DNA of 64,000 nucleotides from Patescibacteria group bacterium (GCA_023229115.1 JALNZW010000001.1:70861-134860), one strand, 5' to 3'. Shown: positions 1-8,330, counted from the first letter of the stretch. Notes: a model not told the origin generated them from the sequence alone. Program-made: numbers and translations.

Positions 1-113
1 ATTAATTTTTTGACACTATTAACATCACAAGCATCACCACACAAAAGCTTATGAGGCCCTAGTTCAATAATATCACCTAGCTTAATTAAGCTTTTTTGAT
101 TTTGTATTTTCAT
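1..113 (-). CDS. DNA methyltransferase, N-terminal fragment (gene runs off the window edge)
   Basis: Absent from the ORF track because the window cuts it. My minus-strand translation from the ATG at 113-111 gives MKIQNQKSLIKLGDIIELGPHKLLCGDACDVNSVKKL... This mirrors the GDMFEIAGQRVACGDCTNIETIKKL segment that precedes the DPPY motif in the adjacent methylase. The start overlaps the 3' end of that gene by 32 nt. Confidence 0.45.
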   Translation of the reverse strand, partial: MKIQNQKSLIKLGDIIELGPHKLLCGDACDVNSVKKL

Positions 114-1356
114 ATTTTTCAAGTCTATTAATGATTAATTGAACAAAGATAGGGCTTTGTTCACAGATAAAGCTCTTTCTTTTAAGCTGAGCGCATGCTA
201 GAGCCAGAGATCCTCCGCCCCCGAACATATCGAGTACCACATCATTAACTTTTGTGCATCTTCTAAGGGCTTTCTCGTGGAGCTCAGGGTTCTTATCCGT
301 TGGATGCTCATATTCAGTACTAGGTAGTCGTTTAACTAACCAAATATCTAGCATATCAAGAATATCATCTATAGCTCGGTTGCCATTTTCTATATCTTTG
401 TTAAGGATCTCACTGAGGTTTTTAGTGTTTGATAGATAAGGTTTTCCTTTTACCCCATAAAGCACTGGCTCATAACATCTATTGAAAGCAGTTTGAGGAG
501 TAATATTCATGCCATTTTTTATCCAGAGTGCTGTACGCTTATAATTAACTTTCAACTCTTTGTATATCTCTTGAAACATTCCAGTGTATTTTGGATCGTG
601 ATAATAGAAGACATGAACATTATCTTTGCTAACTGATAATCCATTCGATAATGACTTTTTTATAAACTCCTTATATTCACTGTCGCTTTTATTATCATTA
701 ACTACGCCTCTATAATTTTGTTTACCCCCTAAACCTTTTGAATAATTCAAGCCAATATTATAGGGTGGATCTGTATAGATCATGTCAGCTTTGTCTTCAC
801 CCATTAACTTCTTAATGGTTTCAATATTTGTGCAATCCCCACAAGCAACTCTTTGCCCAGCAATCTCAAACATATCACCCGTTGTAATTTTGGTTGTCTT
901 AGCTTTTTCTATCTCTTTTTCAATATTGAAGTTATCATCTTCTACTTCTAGAGTTTCATCAAAGATTTTTGAAAAATCTAATTCATCAAAACCTGTGTCT
1001 AGGAGCAGATCAATATCTAAGGACTTTAATAGTTCGTAATCCCATTCGCCAGTGTTACGATTTAATCTTAGATTTAGTTCTTTTTCTTTGTCTTGGGGAA
1101 GTGATAGGTATACAACTGGAACTGTTTTGAATTTTAGCTTTTGAGCTATCTTAAAACGTGCATGCCCACCAATTATTGTATTTTCTCTTCCAGGGTAGGA
1201 GTTGACTATAATAGGATCAACTAAGCCAAAGCGTTTTAGGCTTTCCGTTAAATCTAGTTCTTGTTTCTCGGTCATTTTACGAGGATTATAACTAGAAGGT
1301 TTTAAAGAGCTGATAGAAACCTCTTCAATTTTAATGTTTTGAATTGTTTTCTGCAT
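82..1356 (-). CDS. ParB-like nuclease domain fused to N6-adenine/N4-cytosine DNA methyltransferase
   Basis: 424-aa ORF. The N-terminus has a ParB/Srx-type pattern (LKPSSYNPRKM...IIGGHARFKIAQKL). The C-terminal half has motif IV IYTDPPYNIG followed late by motif I FGGGGSLALA (beta-class order). No restriction enzyme is seen nearby. Confidence 0.85.
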   Translation of the reverse strand: MQKTIQNIKIEEVSISSLKPSSYNPRKMTEKQELDLTESLKRFGLVDPIIVNSYPGRENTIIGGHARFKIAQKLKFKTVPVVYLSLPQDKEKELNLRLNRNTGEWDYELLKSLDIDLLLDTGFDELDFSKIFDETLEVEDDNFNIEKEIEKAKTTKITTGDMFEIAGQRVACGDCTNIETIKKLMGEDKADMIYTDPPYNIGLNYSKGLGGKQNYRGVVNDNKSDSEYKEFIKKSLSNGLSVSKDNVHVFYYHDPKYTGMFQEIYKELKVNYKRTALWIKNGMNITPQTAFNRCYEPVLYGVKGKPYLSNTKNLSEILNKDIENGNRAIDDILDMLDIWLVKRLPSTEYEHPTDKNPELHEKALRRCTKVNDVVLDMFGGGGSLALACAQLKRKSFICEQSPIFVQLIINRLEKYENTKSKKLN

Positions 1357-1732
1357 AGAAATTAATTTAAATTATTAGATGTTGGTTTTTCCAAATAAAA
1401 AAACCCACATTTTCGAATTTGAAGTATAGGGACTCACCCCTCTTCAAAATTCTTTCCGTTAGGTTCTTATAATTGCTTATTAATTTCTATTAGCTCTATA
1501 AAGGCAGGCTTTTTTGGTAACGCATTTGTGCGGACCTGTCTCTAGTTATTTAGTTGTTAATTTAATAATAGCATTATTAAAAAAATAACGCAAGTATTTT
1601 GTTTAATGTTAGCAAAAACAGATATAATATGACTTGTGATATCGCATTATAAGTTATTTAATTTTAGATAAAAAATAGGCTATCTGGGCAATAATAGTTA
1701 ATAATTTGTGTATAACTTTTTGTTTAACTATC

Positions 1733-1760
1733 TTGACTTTATTATTATTTGTGCTATACT
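1733..1760 (+). promoter_or_regulatory. sigma70-type promoter with extended -10
   Basis: TTGACT (1733-1738), 16-nt spacer, TGcTATACT (1752-1760). It lies 785 nt upstream of the next convincing CDS (2545). Confidence 0.5.
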
Positions 1761-1766
1761 AGATAT

Positions 1767-2380
1767 TGAGAATGATTCGTTCTCTTAGCTCATTGACAGT
1801 ATAAAGAAGAGAGATTACCAATTATCAGGTTAATCCAGACTCTCACGGGTTTAAGACCCATAATTGAAAAGAGATATTTATCTCTTACTTCTCGGATAGA
1901 GAAGGCGTTTTGCCCCGTGCAGATATTTGTCTCTGTTGCTCAGAAACATGAAATATTTGTATTGTGTGTGATTTAACATCATAAACAAAATAAATATTAC
2001 ATAACACTGTGTAAATCTAACTGTTTTATAGTTGAATATAAAATTAGTAGACAAATAAAATTCCGGAATAGGTAAAAATACATCCTTTGTTTTAGCGACA
2101 AGGGGTTAACGGTTCTGCTACTTTTAGTAGTTGCAGGCCAGTATGCTGCCAAAGAGCCGAGAGTCAGAAATTGGCCTGCGATGAATGAAGTGCAAATCGT
2201 TAGATTTAGATTTCGGATGACTTATAAATTTAACAATTTAAACTTTAAATATATGCAATATAAAAATTCATATAAGCAAGATAAGGTAATCGCCCTGCTC
2301 ATTACCTTTAATCAAATAACCAAACAGGTTTTGAGGTTAAAAATAAAAGATAAGCAGGCTCTCGGCCTGCTTGCTGATGC
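1767..2380 (+). ncRNA. Candidate structured non-coding RNA region (possible retron msr/msd); boundaries unresolved
   Basis: Downstream of the promoter are GC-enriched patches in an AT-rich background. Hairpins: AAGAGAT/ATCTCTT (1869-1886) and CTTCTC/GAGAAG (1888-1904), possibly enclosed by CACGGG(1854-1859)/CCCGTG(1914-1919). Also GCAGGCCA(2133-2140)/TGGCCTGC(2172-2179) and AAGCAGGC(2352-2359)/GCCTGCTT(2365-2372). I could not identify a1/a2 repeats or a branching G. Confidence 0.3.
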
Positions 2381-2544
2381 CATGCAAATTAATAAGCAAT
2401 TATTATCCTTAATTAAGAATAATAAAACCAGTTTAGAATTTGTAAGACAGACGTTCACTATTATTTCAATTATTTTGAAAGAAGTAGTCAGCAAGTGGCT
2501 CTTCCGTTACAATTTAACGCCAGTAATGGCTTAAAAATATAAAT

Positions 2545-2859
2545 ATGGCATCAATAGGACAATTAATAAAAATTGGCAGAATCAATAAGAGTCTTAGTCA
2601 GGAAGATGTTGCCTCTAAGTTAAAGGTGACAAAGAATTATATTTCTTTGGTTGAAAATAATAAGAAAGATCCAAGCATAAACTTCTTGAAAAAGATTTCA
2701 AAATTACTTGATATTCCTGTAATTCTTTTAATTTGGGAAAAAATTGATCTACCAAAAGGGAAAACAGAGTCTGAAAAGAAAATATTGTCTCAATTAGAGA
2801 ACATGATAGAAAATGCTCAGAAGATTTTTGCAGACGAATCTTTTAAAACAAAAAGATGA
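2545..2859 (+). CDS. XRE-family helix-turn-helix transcriptional regulator
   Basis: 104-aa ORF with a classic XRE HTH (LSQEDVASKLKVTKNYISLVENNKKDPSINFLKKISKLL). Its stop overlaps the RT start (ATGA at 2856-2859). Confidence 0.85.
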   Translation: MASIGQLIKIGRINKSLSQEDVASKLKVTKNYISLVENNKKDPSINFLKKISKLLDIPVILLIWEKIDLPKGKTESEKKILSQLENMIENAQKIFADESFKTKR

Positions 2860-3773
2860 AAAAAAGGAAATTATTAAATATTAATACGATCTCAGAACTT
2901 AGTCGTCAAATCGGTCTTCCAGAAGAATTTTTATTAAGGGTTTCTGAAAATATAAATAATTATTATGAAAAATTTGAAGCTAGAGATAAAAAAGGTAAAG
3001 AAAGGTCATTTTATTCTGCAAATAATGATTTAAAAAAAATACATAAGTCTATAAACAGGCTTTTAGATTCATTAGACTATCCAATTAATATACAAGGAGG
3101 AATTACTAAAAGATCAATAGTAACAAATGCTTCAATGCATGTGGGAAAAAAATATGTAGCAAACTATGATATAAAAAATTTTTTCCCCAGCGTGAATTAT
3201 AGAATTGTCTATAAAGCCTTTCGGAGGCAAAAATGTGCACCAGATGTTTCAAGAATATTAACAATGCTGACTACTGCAGATGGATGTCTGCCTCAAGGTT
3301 TTGCTACAAGTCCTAAAATTTCTGGATTAGTTTTATATAATGCTAATTTCAGAATAGAAAAACTTTTGCGACCATTTGGATTAGTTCATACTTTTTGGAT
3401 AGATGATTTAACCATATCTGGCCATCATCCAATAAAAAAGTTTCAAAAATTATTATATAAAATATTTAAACAAGAGGGTTTTAGTTTGCACGATGATCCT
3501 AAAAAGGCTAAAATAACCGATTCAAAACATCGTCAAACTTGCACTGGACTTATTATTAATCAGGAATTAAACCCCGAAAGAGGGCTTAAAAGTAAGGTTA
3601 GAAAAGAAATTTATTTATGTAAAAAGTTTGGTATTAAAAATTTTTTAGAAGAGCATAATTCACCATTTGATAAAGATACATACTTAAAAAAATTAGCTGG
3701 TAATATTAGTTTTTTATGCAATGTAAATAAAAAGAATATAATTTTTAAAAAAGAATTAGAATTATTAAAATAA
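2856..3773 (+). CDS. Retron-type reverse transcriptase
   Basis: 305 aa, retron-size. Motifs: TNASMH (retron NAxxH), NYDIKNFFPSV, CLPQGFATSPKISGL, FWIDDLTISG (YxDD box) and RQTCTGLIINQ (VTG-like). It is collinear with Ec86 RT as I recall that sequence. Confidence 0.85.
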   Translation: MKKRKLLNINTISELSRQIGLPEEFLLRVSENINNYYEKFEARDKKGKERSFYSANNDLKKIHKSINRLLDSLDYPINIQGGITKRSIVTNASMHVGKKYVANYDIKNFFPSVNYRIVYKAFRRQKCAPDVSRILTMLTTADGCLPQGFATSPKISGLVLYNANFRIEKLLRPFGLVHTFWIDDLTISGHHPIKKFQKLLYKIFKQEGFSLHDDPKKAKITDSKHRQTCTGLIINQELNPERGLKSKVRKEIYLCKKFGIKNFLEEHNSPFDKDTYLKKLAGNISFLCNVNKKNIIFKKELELLK

Positions 3774-3774
3774 T

Positions 3775-4524
3775 ATGTCAGAATATTATACGCCAAAAAG
3801 AATGAAGGGGCTATACAATCCAGAATCAAAAGAACCATTCAAGTTGTCGAGATCTAAAATAGATTTATTTTTAGAATGTCCTCGATGTTTTTATTATGAT
3901 CGCAGACTTGGGACTGGCAGACCACCAGGATTTCCCTTTGCTTTAAATTCGGCAGTCGATTATCTTCTGAAACAAGAATTCGATATTTATAGAGCAAACG
4001 GAGAAAATCATCCGCTAATACATAAGTATGGGATAGACGCTCGACCGATTCCGCACGAAGATTTGGATAATTGGAGACATAATTTTACAGGCATTCAATT
4101 TTTACATAAACCAACCAATCTTTTAATATTTGGCGCCATTGACGATCTTTGGCAGAATTCAAAAGGTGAATATATTGTCGTTGATTATAAGTCGACATCT
4201 AAAAATGAAAAGATATTTGAGCTTAATAAGGATTGGCAGATTGGTTACAAAAGACAGATGGAGGTTTATCAATGGCTATTGAGACAAAATGGGTACAAAG
4301 TATCAGATGTTGGCTATTTTGTTTATTGTAACGGAATAACTGATAGAAAAGCATTTGACGCTAAATTAGAATTTGATATAACCCTTATCCCTTATACGGG
4401 TAATGATTCATGGATAGAAAAAACAATTTTGGCCGCTCATAAATGTTTAAATGACGACGTAATCCCAGTATCTGGTCAGGATTGTGATTATTGTAAATAT
4501 ATAGATGCTGTTAATAATAGATAA
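3775..4524 (+). CDS. PD-(D/E)XK (Cas4/RecB-like) nuclease with four Cys
   Basis: 249 aa. N-terminal LSRSKIDLFLECPRCFYY, then GAIDDL...YIVVDYKST (D...DxK), QMEVYQWLL (QxxxY) and a C-terminal CDYCKY. Starts 1 nt after the RT stop. Confidence 0.75.
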   Translation: MSEYYTPKRMKGLYNPESKEPFKLSRSKIDLFLECPRCFYYDRRLGTGRPPGFPFALNSAVDYLLKQEFDIYRANGENHPLIHKYGIDARPIPHEDLDNWRHNFTGIQFLHKPTNLLIFGAIDDLWQNSKGEYIVVDYKSTSKNEKIFELNKDWQIGYKRQMEVYQWLLRQNGYKVSDVGYFVYCNGITDRKAFDAKLEFDITLIPYTGNDSWIEKTILAAHKCLNDDVIPVSGQDCDYCKYIDAVNNR

Positions 4525-4541
4525 AACTATTTTGATTTTAT

Positions 4542-5030
4542 ATGTCTGTAAAAAAGTCTGAAAAGAAACGTAGATCGGATATTATCTTTGGTATTTTGTT
4601 AGCCTCAACTCTCGGGGTAATTTTAAATTTATTTTCAAGTTTATATTATGATTTATTTGTTAAAAAAATAATAAAATGGTCAGATGTTAATCAGCAGCAC
4701 GTGATGATTTGGTTTTTCATTCTTTTAGCCACATGGGGTTTTATTAGCTTCTTTGTTTATGATTATAAAAATAATGTAGAAATAAATAAGGTTCTTTTTT
4801 GGAAAAGGTTTGGAAACTATTTTTTTAAATCTTTCAAGCCTTTTAAGATACTAAAAATAATTACCGGATTATATTTAATTATCTTTATAATTTTTTTGAT
4901 TTTTATATTTTTGATAACTTTATTTTTTATAATAAATGAGGTTACAAATTGGCTATTTGCATCTACTTCGGTCGTCTTAATATTAATAGGTATAATTTTA
5001 CATATTTACAAGAAGTACTTAAAAAAATAA
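4542..5030 (+). CDS. Small integral membrane protein (about 4 TM segments)
   Basis: 162-aa ORF, 17 nt after the nuclease gene. Four hydrophobic stretches, e.g. IIFGILLASTLGVILNLF and LYLIIFIIFLIFIFLITLFFII. No recognisable domain. Confidence 0.6.
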   Translation: MSVKKSEKKRRSDIIFGILLASTLGVILNLFSSLYYDLFVKKIIKWSDVNQQHVMIWFFILLATWGFISFFVYDYKNNVEINKVLFWKRFGNYFFKSFKPFKILKIITGLYLIIFIIFLIFIFLITLFFIINEVTNWLFASTSVVLILIGIILHIYKKYLKK

Positions 5031-5063
5031 TAGATATTTTTAAATAGGTTTTTATTAAATATA

Positions 5064-5092
5064 AAAAATCACCCTCGACCTAGGTGATTTTA
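5064..5092. terminator. Bidirectional intrinsic terminator
   Basis: AAATCACC (5066-5073) / GGTGATTT (5083-5090) stem, with an A-run upstream and T's downstream. Sits between convergent genes ending at 5030 (+) and 5169 (-). Confidence 0.5.
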
Positions 5093-5168
5093 AATAAATA
5101 TCTAAAACATTTTGTCCCTATATTGCCCGCATTTCTGCGTATGACTAACAAAATATAATAGAATATTC

Positions 5169-5384
5169 TTATTTCATTATATCAATCTTATTCTCTTTCA
5201 AATAATTAATAATATCTTCTTCTGAAAATCTGATAACGCCGCTTATTTTATAAAAAGGAATTTTTCTGCTCTCAACTATTCTATAAGCTGTCGTTTTAGA
5301 TATATTAAATATATTTTTAAGATCATTAATTGATAATAATTTTAAATTTTTTAGCAACTTTTCATTCATAATATTATTATACAA
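5169..5384 (-). CDS. Excisionase-family (MerR-like) HTH DNA-binding protein
   Basis: 71 aa. LSINDLKNIFNISKTTAYRIVESRKIPFYKISGVIRFSEEDIINYL matches the excisionase-type HTH pattern. Confidence 0.7.
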   Translation of the reverse strand: MYNNIMNEKLLKNLKLLSINDLKNIFNISKTTAYRIVESRKIPFYKISGVIRFSEEDIINYLKENKIDIMK

Positions 5385-5405
5385 TAAAATAAATCAATTA
5401 AAAAT

Positions 5406-5807
5406 ATGAGGTTTATAAGATTAGCCAGGAAGTTGGATTTAGATAATATAAAAATATGGCTTGAAGATGAATATAAAAAGTACGGCGAAGGTTTTTTTGT
5501 TAATGTAGACGTTGTAGAGAAATATTTTGAAAAGAAAGAGTTATTTGTCTGTATTCATGATAATTTTCCAGCTGGTTTTATAACAGGTCCATTTGATGGG
5601 CCAAGCATTCTAAATGTAAAGAAAGGGCATAAAAGAAGAGGTATTGGTAAGAAATTATTTAAATATTTTTTAAATGAAGCTAAAAAACAACATATTAATG
5701 TTATAAAAATACAATGCAAGCCAGAATCATCTATCAAATTCTGGGAAACAATGGGTTTTTCTATTAAAAATGATAATGGTCACCACTATGGACAATATAA
5801 AATATAA
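5406..5807 (+). CDS. GNAT-family N-acetyltransferase
   Basis: 133 aa. Acetyl-CoA motif A-like KRRGIGKKLF plus a C-terminal FWETMGF pattern. Confidence 0.7.
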   Translation: MRFIRLARKLDLDNIKIWLEDEYKKYGEGFFVNVDVVEKYFEKKELFVCIHDNFPAGFITGPFDGPSILNVKKGHKRRGIGKKLFKYFLNEAKKQHINVIKIQCKPESSIKFWETMGFSIKNDNGHHYGQYKI

Positions 5808-5988
5808 TGCATCCAAAACAAAAAATATATCATTAACAAGCTGTAAGAGTTTGAAGATAATTTTTGATATTACAGAAATAAACTTGGTGTATTTTTAGCA
5901 TTCCCAGAATTAGATAATAATAAGTATTTTGAATTAATTCCTCAAAGTTTTTTAGTAAAATACAAACTAGATAAATAAATCATAAAAT

Positions 5989-7581
5989 ATGGAAAATAAA
6001 GACTTAAAGTTACTAGATACAATTGATTATATAAAAAATAAGCTTGGAAAATCAGAGTGGATTGCTGTTTTTGAATTTATCGAAAACAAGTCTTATGATC
6101 AGGGCACATATTTTTCAGCCCTAATTTCAAACAAAAATGTCAGCGATAGTTTAAAGAAATATGACTGGGATTTGCGTCTCTCTGACGGAAGGCCAGGATT
6201 TTCTACTACTTATAAAAATGGAAAATCAAAAACAAAGTATTATCGTTTTCTCGACAAGAATATTGAGTCATTTGTTTACGTAAGATTTTTTAATGGTAAA
6301 GAAAAAATATTAGAGATATCTGAAGAATTTAGATTGTTTTTTGATTTATATGAAAAATATATTGATCAAAATAATAAAATATATATTAACACAGATGAAG
6401 ATGGGGATGAAAATGAGGTAGCTCGTATAAGTAAAAATAAAATTGAAATAAAACTAAAGTATCTTAAAGAATACTTGTCTATTAAAAAAAAGAGTTTAGC
6501 TATTTATTATGAATTTACGAGATTTTCAGATAAAAAAATCGAAGACTTAGATATAGATTTTGCTGATAAAATTGAATCAGGAGAAGATTACATTTATCAT
6601 TTATCTATTAGGAATTTAAGTTTAGATGAAAGACAATCTATTGGATCTATTCTTGGGAAAAAGATTATAAAAGGACTAAAAAGATATTCTCCGCCCGATA
6701 TTTTAAAGCCAGATAAAAGTAAATTCGAAAAATATATTATAAATACTGATAGTGATGGTAATGACGTTTTATCTACTTGTAATATAGGGTATCAATCAGA
6801 AGTTCATTATTTAACCCCTATATTTTTTAAAAAAGAGGTGCTGAGAAAATATTACGATAGTCCAGCCAAATATACAGTCGATGATGGATATTTAAAGTGT
6901 GACGGTTTTTGGAGTTTAAGAATGATGAATAACCATTTAGATCATGTTGTGGTTTGGCTTGGTGATTTAAAAGGACTTCCACATAAAGAGCAAACTTATT
7001 GGAAAGGTTTTAATCTAACTCCTGATAATAGAAAAATTAGTCATGCTGATTTTGAAAGAAATATAAATGGTGAATTTTCGGATCCTGAAAATCCGGAGTA
7101 CTATTTTAAGTATAAATTCGAAGATTTTCAAGAAAAATGGAATAAAAAATTTGGCTGGTATTTATTTAAAAAGCTAAATGAGGATGATAATCATCATCTT
7201 AAATCTTTACATGTGCCCACAACTAATGAGCAGAAAGAATTTGATGAGCAGATTATTTCAATTACAAAAATACTAATTGATTCTTTAAATGAGGCAATGC
7301 TAAACAAGGGCATTTCTCTTGAAAGTGAAAACCCTAAAGGAATAGATAAATTAGAGGGTTTTTTAAAAAATAAAGGGGTTGTTTTTAAGGAGATGATATC
7401 TTTTTTGAGAAATCTGCAATCATTACGCTCTACTGGAGTAGCTCATCGCAAGGGCACTAAGTACGAAGAGGTGAAAAAGATATTTGGAGTTGGGGATAAA
7501 GAATTTAAAGATGTTTTTGATGATATATTGATAAAATGTATTTGGACTTTAAATTCACTGGAAAGTAAATTATTGTCATAA
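5989..7581 (+). CDS. Hypothetical protein, 530 aa (possible C-terminal HEPN-like motif)
   Basis: Long uninterrupted ORF with non-random composition. No family recognised. The C-terminal FLRNLQSLRSTGVAHRKG contains an Rx5H spacing. Confidence 0.6.
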   Translation: MENKDLKLLDTIDYIKNKLGKSEWIAVFEFIENKSYDQGTYFSALISNKNVSDSLKKYDWDLRLSDGRPGFSTTYKNGKSKTKYYRFLDKNIESFVYVRFFNGKEKILEISEEFRLFFDLYEKYIDQNNKIYINTDEDGDENEVARISKNKIEIKLKYLKEYLSIKKKSLAIYYEFTRFSDKKIEDLDIDFADKIESGEDYIYHLSIRNLSLDERQSIGSILGKKIIKGLKRYSPPDILKPDKSKFEKYIINTDSDGNDVLSTCNIGYQSEVHYLTPIFFKKEVLRKYYDSPAKYTVDDGYLKCDGFWSLRMMNNHLDHVVVWLGDLKGLPHKEQTYWKGFNLTPDNRKISHADFERNINGEFSDPENPEYYFKYKFEDFQEKWNKKFGWYLFKKLNEDDNHHLKSLHVPTTNEQKEFDEQIISITKILIDSLNEAMLNKGISLESENPKGIDKLEGFLKNKGVVFKEMISFLRNLQSLRSTGVAHRKGTKYEEVKKIFGVGDKEFKDVFDDILIKCIWTLNSLESKLLS

Positions 7582-7901
7582 TATTTATTAATTATTAGCT
7601 AAAATATTTAATGATTTCACATAAAATGCAAAAATCCTAGGAGTGTCTCATTTGTCTCATTATTATTCTTAGACCCCGACCCACTTACTTAAAATGGTAT
7701 ATAGAAAAATCATCAAAAATCCCTTATAATATTGCTATATGGTGGTACTTAACTCAGGTAGCCCGCTAAAAAAAAGAAAAAACTGATTCTTACCAGGCTT
7801 TTCTTTATTTGAAGATGGGGGAGAGTGATTCGAAAGCCGAATCACTTATTCTTCACTGTCTTTAGTTTTTTAATAATTTAGCTCAAATAAAGTCTTGGAA
7901 A

Positions 7902-8324
7902 ATGAAAAAAATCAACATTCTTATTGTGGAAGATGACTGCATTCAAGCCGATATGTTAGCTATTATATTTAAGAATTTTTTTTCTAAGTATAAAAAGGTT
8001 AACAATGTTCAAAGCGATATTGTCGCTAGTAATGTAAGTCTAAATGATTGCTTATCGATTGATTTTGCCATTGATAGCAAGGAAGCTGAATTAAAAATCA
8101 GTAAAAGTGATTATTTTTTAATTACTTTAGACGGTGTTCTCTACGGGGGAGATCATGGAAGGAATTTGTTGAGATTAATGAATTTTCAACAAATAAAAAA
8201 GACCATGATTATTTCAGGTGATATTGAGTTTATTACGGAATGTGAAAAAAAAGGGATGGTCTGTATCGAAAAACCTGTTTCCGCTGGTAGCCTTGAAAAG
8301 TCTCTAAAGATTTTTCTCTCTTAA
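7902..8324 (+). CDS. Stand-alone response-regulator receiver domain protein
   Basis: 140 aa. ILIVEDD near the N-terminus, a candidate phospho-acceptor in FLITLDGVL, then MIISGD and IEKP (the conserved Ser/Thr and Lys-Pro positions). Confidence 0.6.
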   Translation: MKKINILIVEDDCIQADMLAIIFKNFFSKYKKVNNVQSDIVASNVSLNDCLSIDFAIDSKEAELKISKSDYFLITLDGVLYGGDHGRNLLRLMNFQQIKKTMIISGDIEFITECEKKGMVCIEKPVSAGSLEKSLKIFLS

Positions 8325-8330
8325 TTTTAA

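Noticed and set aside
254-1039. Antisense ORFs 254-439 and 782-1039. The same class includes 2312-2494, 3611-3838, 5555-5737, 8304-8564, 9557-9766, 11254-11502, 11588-11788, 16954-17175, 17250-17492, 21617-21832, 22473-22877, 26268-26471, 26795-27145, 27817-28050, 29050-29319, 34524-34748, 39815-40075, 41906-42106, 43860-44045, 44877-45146, 51000-51299, 56221-56463, 57474-57695, 60725-61063, 62245-62469 and 62647-62922.
   Set aside because: All lie inside or opposite much longer ORFs with clear homology-type signatures. They are low-complexity and have no independent support.
2181-2534. 117-aa ORF in the gap upstream of the RT operon.
   Set aside because: Its composition (N/K/I/F/L-rich) is what random AT-rich sequence yields. 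It overlaps GC-rich stem-loops and has no recognisable domain or RBS. I keep it as a possibility only, as noted in the ncRNA finding.
5169-5807. The excisionase-like HTH plus GNAT as a GNAT-toxin/antitoxin (TacT/AtaT-like) pair.
   Set aside because: The genes are divergent (minus and plus strand), not co-directional and overlapping as in known GNAT TA modules. The HTH is of the excisionase type rather than RHH/DUF1778.
7815-7850. tRNA or tRNA fragment (GATTCGAAAGCCGAATC).
   Set aside because: It is a simple 9-bp hairpin. There is no acceptor, D or anticodon arm and no GTTCGAATC-type T-loop. I found no tRNA-like cloverleaf anywhere in the window.
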